The notes under the pieces: generated by a model | The model's input: the letters and a program-made list of their open reading frames with translations, nothing else | The model's database searches: none | What the model was told of the DNA's origin: nothing | Part shown: in pieces, positions 13,901-25,784 of the stretch | How positions within the stretch are numbered: the first letter of the stretch is position 1 | Layout of the letters: each line of letters starts with the position of its first letter | Source of the DNA: Eledone cirrhosa | Lineage: Eukaryota | Direction: 5' to 3' | NCBI GenBank assembly: GCA_964016885.1 | Contig: OZ024750.1 | Span: 11,904,001-11,968,000 of the forward strand | Length of the DNA: 64,000 nucleotides | Translations under genes and position numbers: made by a program

Positions 13901-15583
13901 CTGTGTGGGATGTGTGCTAGGTGTGCTATGTGTGCATGTGTGCTGTGTGTGCATGTGTGATGTGTGTGCATGTGTGCATGTGTGCTGTGTGTGCATGTGT
14001 GCTAGTGTGCAATGACAAGCAAAGAGATAAAAGCTGTATAAATCTGATGAGTATGACCAGCTGGTCAATGTTTTCAGTTTTGTCCACTCTATTCTGATAG
14101 GTTTTTTTTGCATTTATCACAAACTGATTAGTCTCGGCTTCATTATTGATTGTTGTTGTTGTTACTGTTGTTGTTGTTACTGTTGTTGTTGTTACTGTTG
14201 TTGTTTTACTCTGCTAGAAATAGGAGTAGGAATTATTTTAGCTTTGTAGATTAAGAATTGAATTATTGCTGTTTTGGTTTTTGGTTTTTAATGTAACAAG
14301 AGATCCAGTATAAATAATAAAGTTAGCCATAAGTCGTTTGGAAGCCTCGACAATGCAAATGGGTAAATCTCCGGGTAACAAGGTCCGGTGGTGGAGAGAG
14401 AGATGTAAGTGGGTGTACGTTGAGATGCGTGGTGTGTATAAGATGTGTGAGATGTGTAGAATGGAGGGAAGAGTAAAAGGATAAAAATAAAAATAACAAC
14501 ACAAGAGAGAGTTACCTTGGGAGAGATTTAATAGTCCCTATATATTTCGGATTCACATCCATCAACTGGGGTTTTTTTCCGGGGTGGGGGAAAAGGTTGT
14601 CTGTCGGACAAGTAAGGCGTCTTTTGCTGTTTGCTGATTTGAATAGGAAAATAATTTGGCAGCCAGCGTTGGCCCATTTCTCCGACAGTCTAAACAGTTC
14701 CCTTACATATAGTTGCCTAGTAAATTAGATTTGTTTCATTGTGTATATATTTCCCAGTAATCAGATACGGATAATAGAACTTGACAGTGTGTGTGTATAT
14801 ATGTGTGTAGGTGTGTTTGTCTGTGTGTGTCCGTGTGTTTGTCTATGTTTGTGTCTGTGTGTGTGTGCTTGTCTCTCACCTTTTTACTGAGTTTTTATTA
14901 GATACGTTCATATCTGTATACATAAAACTAAACAAACATTGTATGTGGTTATGTGTGTGCGTGTGTGAAGGCACATGGCTTAGTGGTTAGGGTGTTTGGC
15001 TCATGATTATATAGGTATATATATTCTTCTACTTCCACTTAGTCCCGAGAGAGTTGTAAGGACACAGTCCTCAAGTATGCCTTCGAGCAGGTCTTGTCTG
15101 AAGCAACTGTCTCCAATTGATCCGGCTAGATCCCCAAGTGAGACCAGCCGAGCTTATGGATGTTATCCAGCCGTCTTGCTCAAGAAGAGTCTCAATGCAA
15201 AGTAAATATATATGCATACATTGCACATACACATTTATACATATATATTTGTGTGTGTGCGTATTATGGAATTTTGCAGTTTCCATCAACCCAGAGTGTT
15301 GGTTAGCCTAAATCTATTATAGAAAACACCAGGGTGCCACACTGTATGATTGAACCCAAAACCACATGGTTGCAAAGCAACTTTCTTAACCACACAACCA
15401 TTCAAAGGAGTTAGAGTGAATGAATCTGTCACTAGTCTTTGTTTTATGTTAGTCTTTGTAACTTAAAGAATATCAGTCAGTAAACCTTGATTAGTAATAC
15501 AGTGAAGCCTCAGATTCAAATAATTTCTACAATATGTATTAACTCTTTTATTGTTTTCATGTCTGTATATCCAAGTACACATA

Positions 15584-15784
15584 CAAGGGTCGGGTGAATA
15601 ATTCATAGGCTGACCAAGATACTCTCAGGGATTGACCAAATGAGGTTTATTTTTCAACATAGTCCCTGGAAAAAAAAAAAAATTCAGTTCTTAATAAAAA
15701 GAGTTGAAATTAATGCATGCAAGATTTCACAGCTCTAGCATCACTCCTTCATGGTCAGCCTATGAACTTTTCAGCCTACCCTCA
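15584..15784. mobile_element. Tc1/mariner-type MITE
   Basis: About 32-bp imperfect TIRs (caagggtcgggtgaataattcataggctgacc / ggtcagcctatgaacttttcagcctaccctca) flanked by TA. Confidence 0.7.
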
Positions 15785-15900
15785 TATATATGTGTGTGTG
15801 TGCCTGTGTGTTGAATTATTTGTACAACATTTAGCTACAATATTGTTTCATTGGGAGCCATTTTATTGTATGTTTTATTTTCTCTTTCTCTCTCTTGTAG

Positions 15901-16042
15901 AGTTTCAGTCAGTAGACGGACGTTTGGCCCAGGAAATGTTAATGTCCATGCTTGGTTTTCAAGCTCACCCCATCTAACGAAATGTATTTGGTCAATGGCT
16001 GTAGATCAACATCGATTTTGTTTAGATCGAAGAGACAATAAA
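15901..16042 (+). CDS. FRMD4: FRMD4A/B-like exon: end of FERM C-lobe (RVSVSRRTFGPGNVNVHAWFSSSPHLTKCIWSMAVDQHRFCLDRRDNK)
   Basis: Polypyrimidine tract + TAG acceptor and AA|GTAAGC donor; starts in phase 2, ends in phase 0. Closely resembles the vertebrate FRMD4A segment as recalled (RASVTRRTFG...IWAMAISQHQFYLDRKQSK). Confidence 0.93.
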
Positions 16043-16323
16043 GTAAGCTGAAACCATTTTATTACACTTGATTAATCATGTATAATATATATAATTGTTT
16101 CTACTTTAGGCACTAGGCCAGCAAATACCCAGTGCATTACTGGTACTTTATTTTATCGACCCCGTAAGGATGAAAGACAAAGTTAACCTCAGCGGGATTT
16201 GAACTCAGAATGGCAAGGGTCGTAACTCTATGCGTCAAAGTATGCCGTCCGACCCTCTACCAATACTGCCAATATAATATCAATAATATTAATAAATGGA
16301 AAATATCTTTATAAAACCATATT

Positions 16324-16384
16324 TATTTTATTATACATATTTCAAAGGTACCAATATTTTGGTACGCTTTCGTCAGATAAAATA
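16324..16384 (-). ncRNA. Hammerhead motif in a Penelope-like pLTR fragment (antisense to the host gene)
   Basis: Reverse complement reads TATTTTAT-CTGACGA-AAGCGTACC...GGTACCTTT-GAAA-TATGTA-TA-ATAAAATA. Confidence 0.7.
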
Positions 16385-19300
16385 CAATATTTGGTTTAAA
16401 GATAGAAAAAATGATGAGCATTGACGAACATGGGTGACATATTGGTGTAATGGTTAGCACAGTGGTCATGATAGCCAAAGATGTGGGTTTGTGTCCCATG
16501 AACGTCAATACTCATCCCTTTTTTCCATTCTGTGGGTTTTTGTAACTCTAACTGTTAGGCTAATTTACTTAGTGCTTCTGCAGTATTTTTTACTATTTCA
16601 CTATCTAATATATATACTGTAAATGTGGTTGTTGTTGGGAAGGGTATCCAGCCATAGAAACCAAGTCAGAAATAGTTCTGTATGAGCAAGACATGGTCAC
16701 CTGATCGGGACAACTTTTCCAACCCATGCTAGCATTGAGGAATCAACGTTAAACAGTGATGACAGTGATGATGATGCTGATGATATCCAGGCAAATGTAG
16801 ACTTGTTAATTCTTTGTGATTACTGCTAGATATGGTATCAGACTTTCCAGTTCATGGCATTACATTTGCTAAACTGTAATACATCTAACTTTACTTACTT
16901 CAGTCTATTTGATATTCGATAGGATAGGGACATCAGTGGTTGGGTATGAAGTGGAGATAGTGACTAAATGACGTATTAAACCAATATAATCTAGTGATGT
17001 GTTGTTATCAGTGCTACTGCAGCAACCTGTAGAAAAGATGAAAAGAAATTGAGGGTAAAAAAAATGATAAAATAAACATGAATGTATGTAAAAAAAAAAA
17101 AAACCACCACCACCACCACACACAAAAAAACCCCAAACCCCACACACAAAAAACCCACCACCACCACCACACACAAAAAACCCCCAAACCCCACACATTT
17201 ATAAATATCACAGGAATTGAGTTGTTTTGGAGAACATGAAATCTATAAAAATTAACTAAAGCAACTCTAACAGTCATGAAATGTGTGTTAGCTACTATTG
17301 GGGGCAAATAGTAATTTTCTATAGCATTGAGATATAATATTTCAATGAAAAGTGTTATATATAATTATTAGCTTTATAATTAGTCATTTTTCTTACTTAT
17401 CTGTCAGCTTGGTGCCATTCCTCTCATTGGAATTTTGGCTTCTTTATTCCCATATATTACTACTACATGATCAAATAGGGAAAATATAAATTGAATTAAA
17501 TGAATTTAAAGACAAAATGGAGTAGGCATTACAATACAACAGGAGGAAACATAATAGTACCACTGATGATGTCACAGGTGTGTGATGAAAGGACTTTGAT
17601 AGACTATATATATATAAATTTGTTTTTGCTCTAACATAGTGGATACATAAATGAATTTCTGGCTTTTATATCGAATGATGATAATATAATAATAATATTA
17701 ATATTTGATTTGTTTGCAAGAAAACAGCCCCATTACGCTTTGTGTTTTAGATGACTATTGTCATCTTTTTGTTCTAGCAGTAACAGAGAGAAACAATCGA
17801 CAATTGTTTCAGTGTTATTGCCCTTCATCAACATTGTGTATCTCTCCTTTTCTGCTACACTCTAGAACTCTTAAGAATATATAATATTTTCTAAAATATA
17901 CATCGGCTGAACTCACGAATGCATTTAAATGAAATTAAAATGTTTTTTTTTTAATTGTATTGTTTCCATTTTGATGGCTAATAGAAATAAAAATATTATG
18001 TCAGGTTTTAAAAATCAAACTTAGAGTTCTATTTTTATCACAGTTTATCAGGTCTTGCAGTCTTGTTATTCAATGACAAAATTTGTAGTTCAGAAAGTTT
18101 TAAAAATGACCAAATTCCTATTTAGATAGCTTAGTTATATATTTGAGATTGTGTCAATTTATCAACATCCTGTTGATTAGATTAAATTTTCGTTTATTTA
18201 TCTTTATTTTATTTTACAAGTTTCACATGTGTCAATTAGCAGAAGTATTAGAGCATCAGATGAAATACTTTTACTCTTTTGCTTGTTCCAGTCGAAATGC
18301 TGTGGCCATGCTGGAGCACCACCTTGTGGCATTTATTCCACAAAGTTTCAAACCTTTACTGAGGTCAACTTTGCCCTTCAGCCTTCCTGGAGGTCAACAA
18401 ATAAATTGCCAATCTATGGCAGTGAACTGTCAGAATCATGAGAACATCATGCAGGATGGTTTACTATATATGTTCTGAGTTAAAATCCCTAATGTGGCCT
18501 ACTTCTCATTTTTCACAGTCCTTTACACTATGTGGCTTCAGGCCTTGTTTTGGACTTAAAGAGAGAAAAAAAAGAAATGATTTAAATGGGTTGTTTTTAT
18601 TGTTGAAAACTAAATTTATATAATGTTTGCTTTATCTTTTGGTTCTATTTTATCCCCCATCAACATTTTCAATGGCTGCTAACATTGGCACAATGCCACA
18701 TTTATAGGTGGGGAGTTTAATGAGTTGACTCAACTACAGTATATTTCTGGTAATTTATTCTATCATCTCTAGTAGAAGTTTCCTCTGATGCAATTTAAAC
18801 TCTCATTTTAAATAAAATCTAACATTATAAAGAAATAAATCATATTAATTAGAATCCTACATTTTTCCTATTTACTGTCATTAACAAAGTTAAAATTATA
18901 TGACAAAATACTAATGAGGATTTTTTTTATGTTGACATAAGGTCATAGTTTTTTAAGGAATACTAGATATTTAGTTTATCTTCTTAGTGAGAGTGAGTAT
19001 AAAATACACAGTCTTCCCTGGTAGAATTTAGACTGAGGACATCAGGGGATGAGACTAATGACTGAAAAGCTAACATTGTGCTATATTCTCCCTCTTCGTC
19101 ACCCTTTTATTTATTTTCCTATTCAGAAATGGTGATAATAAATAACAATAACTGTGATGTCAATAAGGATTTCTTGAAAGTCTAATAAAAAAAATATACA
19201 AAAGACATCCTGAATTATATTTTATAGAGGAAGTATAGTGTTGATGTAACAGTACCTCCCTAGCATCTGTTGAGGAGTGGAGTAGGCTAATTATGTCAAA

Positions 19301-19433
19301 TTAACAGTGATATTAATTACTTTACTTGTTGATTAGGATAGTAATTTTGTTGTGGATTTTTTTTTCTTTTAATTTTCCATTTTTCATTTTTTGTTATTTA
19401 TTTTCCCTTATTTTTTTTCCTTCCATTATCTAG

Positions 19434-19584
19434 TCTTATCTCCATCCTGCTCGCAGCATGAGTGAGATTGTTGCTGAACTGTCACAGAGCTCAACATCTC
19501 TGTCAGGATCTGGTGCATCGGATTTAAGTCGTAGTACCAGCTCTCATAGTCTGCCTAGTCTTTTCTCCACTTCCCGGTATGACG
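19434..19584 (+). CDS. FRMD4: FRMD4-like exon: post-FERM Ser-rich linker (SYLHPARSMSEIVAELSQSSTSLSGSGASDLSRSTSSHSLPSLFSTSRYD)
   Basis: Long pyrimidine tract + TAG; CG|GTAAGT donor; phase 0 to phase 1. ARSMSEI matches the FRMD4 ARSLSEIA motif. Confidence 0.9.
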
Positions 19585-19631
19585 GTAAGTACCTTGGATT
19601 TCTTTGGAAGCTTCAACATATTTCTACACAC

Positions 19632-19746
<115 letters not shown>

Positions 19747-20047
19747 CACCCACCATCCTCACTCTCAAGCATGAACCTAATACCAACACAGTTTGTAACT
19801 GCACTCCTTGTTATTGTTTTTGTTTTTAACTTTTCCTATATATATATATATGTTAAGTATTTCCGTAGAAATGGTGAAGGAAAGAAGAGTGCTCTATGTA
19901 TTGTACAGAGCTATTTAATTACATAATAAACAACACAATATAATTATTCCATTACCAAAGGTTTCAGGGAACTAGACGATCCTTCCAATAATTATATTGT
20001 GTTGTTTATTATGTAAATAAAAAAATAAATATATATATACATATCTC

Positions 20048-20089
<42 letters not shown>

Positions 20090-20523
20090 CCTTCGGGGTC
20101 ACACTTTTTCCTATATATATGTATATATATATATATATATATTCCTTTCTTTCACTTTCTCTCTCTCTCACTCCCATTTATGACTGTTATGTGTTGTTGT
20201 TTTGGTTATGTAAATAAAGGGAGTAAGGAAGACACCGTCCATATCTTAACTTTCTACATCCATCATCAGAAAAGGGTTTTACTTTGAAATATTATATTAG
20301 GCTCAAAATATTATCTTGTCCCCTGTTTTACCCTAGTTCCATCTTTATATGTCTCCCCTCATTGTCCCCCCAGCTTTCCCAGCACTTTATTTACTTCCCC
20401 TCTCCACATCAAACCCAAATAAACCTATAAATAATTAATCTGACGTTCCTGGTGATTTTATATGTATGAAACAGTTCTAGCCCTGTAGAAGTCATTTCTG
20501 TATAATATATATATATATATATA

Positions 20524-20684
20524 ACAAAGGAAATGTGGTAAGGAACCAGATGGACCATAACGCACCAGAGTACTCAATACTTGGAGTAGTAGAGTGGAAA
20601 ATAGGAAAAAGTATGACCCCGATGGCAGAGCTCGGAAGGCCGTACCGAAACGGCTTGAGCTCTGCCGTCGGGGTCATACTTTTG

Positions 20685-20689
<5 letters not shown>
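20524..20689. mobile_element. (TA)n-embedded repeat with GC-rich terminal hairpin (20601-20689); second copy 33305-33440, fragments 20090-20115, 33475-33535, 38960-39025
   Basis: ataggaaaaagtatgaccccgatggcagagctc ... gagctctgccgtcggggtcatacttttgcctat; the upstream 80 bp is shared between copies. Confidence 0.7.
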
Positions 20690-20728
<39 letters not shown>

Positions 20729-21207
20729 TAACAGATTAAAGTTTAAGCAAAGAATCGCTGCTTTCACCCTTAACGGGATCTTCTGAAACTAAAAAAAATC
20801 AATCTGTGAACGCAAAAGTAAATATTCCGAAAAACGTTGCAACCGAGGGAAGACAGGGAGACGATACTTTGGTTCGTGGAGACGTTCCCTGGCAGTGAAC
20901 GGGAAAAAAACGAAGATAATACGTCATTATTTGGAGCGGTGAGAACAATTACACGCAAAGACAAAACCATGTTTATGGTGTAAATGAAGTCATGGACTAA
21001 TATTCTATTAAGTGGTTCATAGAGACGTTCCCTGGCAATGAACAGAAAAAAAGCGATATATATTTATCCTTATTGAGCCCTCTTTGGATTTTAGTCTTCA
21101 AATTTATTATTATTACTATATATGTGTGTGTGTACTTATTCTCTACTAATGTATTGAGTACTTTATTTAGCTGTGATTATTTCCTGATCCCCTTTAGGAT
21201 ACCATCC

Positions 21208-21245
<38 letters not shown>

Positions 21246-21484
21246 AGTATATGTTGGTTGTTTACAGACACCTCAGTATGCAGTTTGGTTTGTTTACTCC
21301 GGTAAAGTCAAATATGTAAAATTTGACTTTGTTTATTATAAATTAACTACTATATATATTTCGGTGACAGCTATTATTGGCTGTGGCCTCTTCAATACCT
21401 GGTATTGACAGAGTGAAACACACTTCAACAACATGTGTACCTCTCTTTTCCACACCAATTCGGACTGCCTGAAGAGGTCACAGT

Positions 21485-21517
<33 letters not shown>

Positions 21518-22034
21518 GTATTTTCCGTAGTGTTGTAATATGAATATTACACACAGTAGATGGACAGCTCACGTAGAGTTTGCTCGACAGTTCCAGTTGT
21601 AGTTTCAAAAGTAATCCGGAGAAAATAGAAGGATTTAAATGGATACAGTTCAGTTAAAAGGAATTTATTGACACGTGTTTCAATAATAGTTACATAACCT
21701 AAAAACAGCTGCTATCTACAAAGTCTTAATTATGTAGACATTCAATATTTCAATGTTATTATCAACTGTCATTTCATTAGAATAATTTTATTGAGAACCT
21801 GTTTGGTTTTTATAGAGAATATTAAGAGGGAGGGGTGAAGTTGTTAGAAGAATAGTTAAGGGAGTGGATAGAGATTTTTTTGATAGCAGTGGGTAATTAG
21901 ATTCCCATCTGTTGTTTTGACATTTTTATAGAATACATTATTTGGTGTTGGTTATTTTTCTAAATCTATAGAAGGATTAGAGATAGTAAAGATATGCATG
22001 GTTGGTTTTGTGTTTGCACTTAATTAACATACAG

Positions 22035-22067
<33 letters not shown>

Positions 22068-22397
22068 ATTATCAATCATAATAATATGCCATGTATGTTA
22101 GTGTGTGTGTGTTAGTATTTGTAACATAAAATATTTTAACAGAAAATTAGGATGGAAGATTTTTAGGTAAATATAAACACTTAAAAACACAGCTTTGTAT
22201 TATAATAATAATTGTTTCTACTTTTGGCACAAGACCAGTGCATTACTGGTACTTTCTTTTATTGACCCCGTAAGGATGAAAGGCAAAGCTAAAGCTAATC
22301 TCGGCAGGATCTGAACTCAGAACATAAAGGGCCGCAGCCCTATACTGTAAAACATGTTGTCCGATGCTCTACCGATTCTGCCAATCGACCGTATTAT

Positions 22398-22662
22398 AAT
22401 AATAATGAAAATTGTATACAGTGCTCAGGTGCACTACAACTTCTCAAAGGTGCATAGAATAATGTACAAATGTTAGGAAAGTGAACAGTGTATGAGCCAT
22501 GATATACACTGACACACCGACACATATATGTATGGAGGGAGAATATCAGGTGTAGTGTTGGAAAATTTCGGGAAGCATGAAAGTTTTGAAGGATGCAGTG
22601 TAGTGTCCCGACAACTAACAAGTGATGCAGGTAGTTTGTTCCATGCCTCAGCAACTCTGTAG
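22398..22662 (-). mobile_element. CR1-like LINE 3' end; other fragments 46505-46710 and 32255-32295
   Basis: Minus-strand peptide FYRVAEAWNKLPASLVS matches the CR1 ORF2 C-terminal RVxxxWNxLP motif; (ATT)n tail. Confidence 0.72.
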
Positions 22663-22953
22663 AACAATAGGTTGGTATCAAAATGGTTAAGTAATTCTTT
22701 TACTGACTATGAGGCCTTTGAAGTATTTCTAAGCAAAGAGGCATGAACTATTGGGGAAGGTCAAGTTAGTTCAATATTAATGTTTTCTTTGATATTCCAC
22801 CATCTCTGATATAATGAAGATAACATACGAAGGCAGGAGGAACTTAGTAATGGAATATTACAAGGGAAACATGAACTTTGTTGTTTAGGATGGATGTTTG
22901 TTGGTAGCAATATACAAGATGTAGTATAATAATGGTTTTGTGGGTGTGTGGTT

Positions 22954-23533
22954 TTAACCCTTTAGTTATCAACCTGGCTAAAACTACCCCTAGTTCTACA
23001 ATATATAACTGCTTATTTTAACCCTTTAGTTACCAACCTGGCCAAATCTACCCCTAGTTCTACAATATATAACTGCTTGTTTTAACCCTTAAGCATTCAC
23101 ATTACTCTATATATACTATTGTATTTTCATGGTAAATGCTTTATCTCACATAATATTGAATCTATGAGATTTTGAAAATATTTATTTTTGAGAACAATAC
23201 CTTAACATCAGTTTGAGTGACCAGTTACAGCCAGTTTCAACAGAAAAAGGTAGAGAATTCTGACCGGTTTGGGCCGGTTTGAACATTAAAGGGTTAACCC
23301 TTTAGTTTCCAATCTGGCCAAGACCAGCTCTGGTTCTATGAAATAAAATCACCTTTTTTAAAGGTTTTCAACTTAAATTAAAATCTTCCAACATAATTTT
23401 ATACAAGAACCTTACATTAATTTACTATTGTTGTAATGAAATGATTAATAATTTTAGTAAATCCCTTAAAATTCTTCATTAATTAATTAAAATAGAGTGT
23501 ATTTCATTAGAAATGCAGTCATGAAAGGGTTAA
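22954..23533. mobile_element. Cluster of piggyBac-like (TTAA) MITEs
   Basis: Two 64-bp copies of a TTAA-CCCTTTAG end, then complete elements 23086-23293 and 23298-23529, each bounded by TTAA and CCCTT/AAGGG. Confidence 0.72.
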
Positions 23534-24402
23534 CTGATTTACAAAGTGGCCTATATCAGAAGATAATAGTCCTGGAAATAGTTTTTACTGATTTGTAGAG
23601 TGGTATATTAACTCTTTTGTCTTGTCAAGGGTATGACAACCTCCTTAGTGATAGTGCCATGATAAAATGCATGCAGTATACCCTGTTAAGTGATTGATGG
23701 TAGGAAGGACACCCAGCTATAGAAACCATGCCAAACATTGGTACATATGGAGAAGGCATGGTCATGCTGACCTATCTATGGGTGCAGTACTTTTGAATAA
23801 GAACTGACTCAGATAGTAACAGCCCATCCAACCAAACCAATGTCAACATAAAAAGCTGGTATGACAATGGTGATAGTGTTAGCGGCAGTGGTATTGGTGG
23901 CAGCGGTGGTGGTATAGATGGTGATGGTGGTGGTATTGAAACCTAAGACCTGCAGCATAGATCAAATGTGTTTGATTTAGTTACAAAATAAATATTTAGA
24001 GAAATATACGACCTAGAAAGTTGATAAAATTTGCTTCATTTTAACTGAAGTGGGCCAACTTACAAACATAAGAAAGAAATTATATTGACTGTTTGTATCA
24101 TTGTATAGAGAATATATATATATGTGTGTGTGTGTGTGTACCAACACACACACACATAGTTTAATGAAGCTAATCATGTATATTCCATGTAGCTCCAGCC
24201 ATTACTTTTCCAAGAATCGTGTGTTTTAAATACAAACTTATAATTCAGGTTGGACACATCCGTGTTAATTAGTAAATAAAAACAACTTCATCTGGTTATA
24301 ATGTATACACCCAGACTGTGGCAGTTTCTATGTTACATTCCATGTGCAAAAGTTGTAACAGCAAGTGTTACTCACAGAAGTCATGCAATGTTTCCAAATA
24401 TT

Positions 24403-24451
<49 letters not shown>

Positions 24452-24458
<7 letters not shown>

Positions 24459-24818
24459 AAAAAGAGATGAAATCGAAAATGCAACTGGAGTCTTATTTTT
24501 TTTTTAAATATATATATTTATTTGGTTCCTTTACCGGTTTCGCAGTTCTTTTGCTTTTCAAAAGGTGAGTTGAGATGGAGGGTCTGTGGTTTTTCTCACA
24601 TCTGTGAGAAAAATGTGAGAAAAACCACAGACCCTCCATCTCAACTCACCTTTTGAAAAGCAGAAGAACTGCGAAACCGGTAAAGGAACCAAATAAATAT
24701 ATATATTTTTTAAAAAAATAAGACTCCAGTTGCATTTTCGATTTCATCTCTTTTTCTTTATACTTTCACTCATGTAGGACACCTCGGTTATTTTTCATTT
24801 TGTAAAAAAAAACCTCAC

Positions 24819-24825
<7 letters not shown>
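24452..24825 (+). mobile_element. Foldback element (arms 24452-24601 and 24613-24762) with 3' extension
   Basis: About 150-bp inverted repeat between two (TA)n tracts, hammerhead variant in the right arm. Confidence 0.8.
24649..24686 (+). ncRNA. Hammerhead ribozyme motif, U3-A8 core variant
   Basis: CCTT-TTGAAAA-GCAG(aagaa)CTGC-GAAACCGGTA-AAGG: helices I and II perfect, palindromic ACCGGT helix III, GUA triplet. Confidence 0.65.
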
Positions 24826-24858
<33 letters not shown>

Positions 24859-24961
24859 AAGTATAAATCCCTATACGCAAAAAGCATCTAGGGACACCTG
24901 TATTGTCCAACCATATGCCAATATGGTTCAATGGCAGGTTAATAAATTAATGAGCCAGAAC

Positions 24962-25507
24962 ATATATAATCAAGGTTTAGCAAATAAGAAAAAGTTTCAA
25001 AATAAATTTTAAAAAATTCCCTGTACTCACTATAGTTACCTTTACCGAATCGGTTTTGAGTCTCAAAAATAAATGGACAGTCCTTGCGGCCTTCCATTGT
25101 AAAGATAAACTCTCTTCAGAAGGTTCTTTTCACTCGGAGAATATAAAATTCCCGAGTTCAAATTACGAACTGGCGCTATTCAAAATTGTTCCCGAGATGA
25201 GAATGAATGATGTGGAAGCAATTCTGTCTAGTGCCGTGTGTAAAGATAGAAGTCAGAGGCAGGGAGGTCAGTCTACTACCACTATAAATAGCAGCAGTCA
25301 GAACGACCAAATTTTATCTCGACCAAGAGAAGAATAATAATAATAAAGTATATATCCCTACACGCAAAAAGTGTCTAGGGATAGAAGGCTGCAAGGACTG
25401 TCCATTTATTTTTGAGACTCAAAACCGATTCGGTAAAGGTAACCATAGTGAGTACAGTGAATTTTTTTAAATTTATTTTGAAATTTTTTCTTATTTGCTA
25501 AACCTTG

Positions 25508-25516
<9 letters not shown>
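24962..25516. mobile_element. Inverted-repeat element (arms 24962-25094 and 25384-25516, about 290-bp spacer)
   Basis: About 130-bp inverted arms ending in (TA)n; a 37-bp direct repeat at about 24857 and 25345. Confidence 0.7.
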
Positions 25517-25551
<35 letters not shown>

Positions 25552-25750
25552 TGTTTCTACTTTAGGCACAAGGCCAGCAATTACCCAGTGCATTACTGGT
25601 ACTTTATTTTATCGACCCCGTAAGGATGAAAGGCAAAGTTAACCTCGGCGGGATTTGAACTCAGATCATAAAAGGACGTAACTATGCTGGAAAGCATGGC
25701 GTCCGACCCTCTACTGATACTGCCAATCCACCACCATAAAAACAATGATG

Positions 25751-25784
<34 letters not shown>

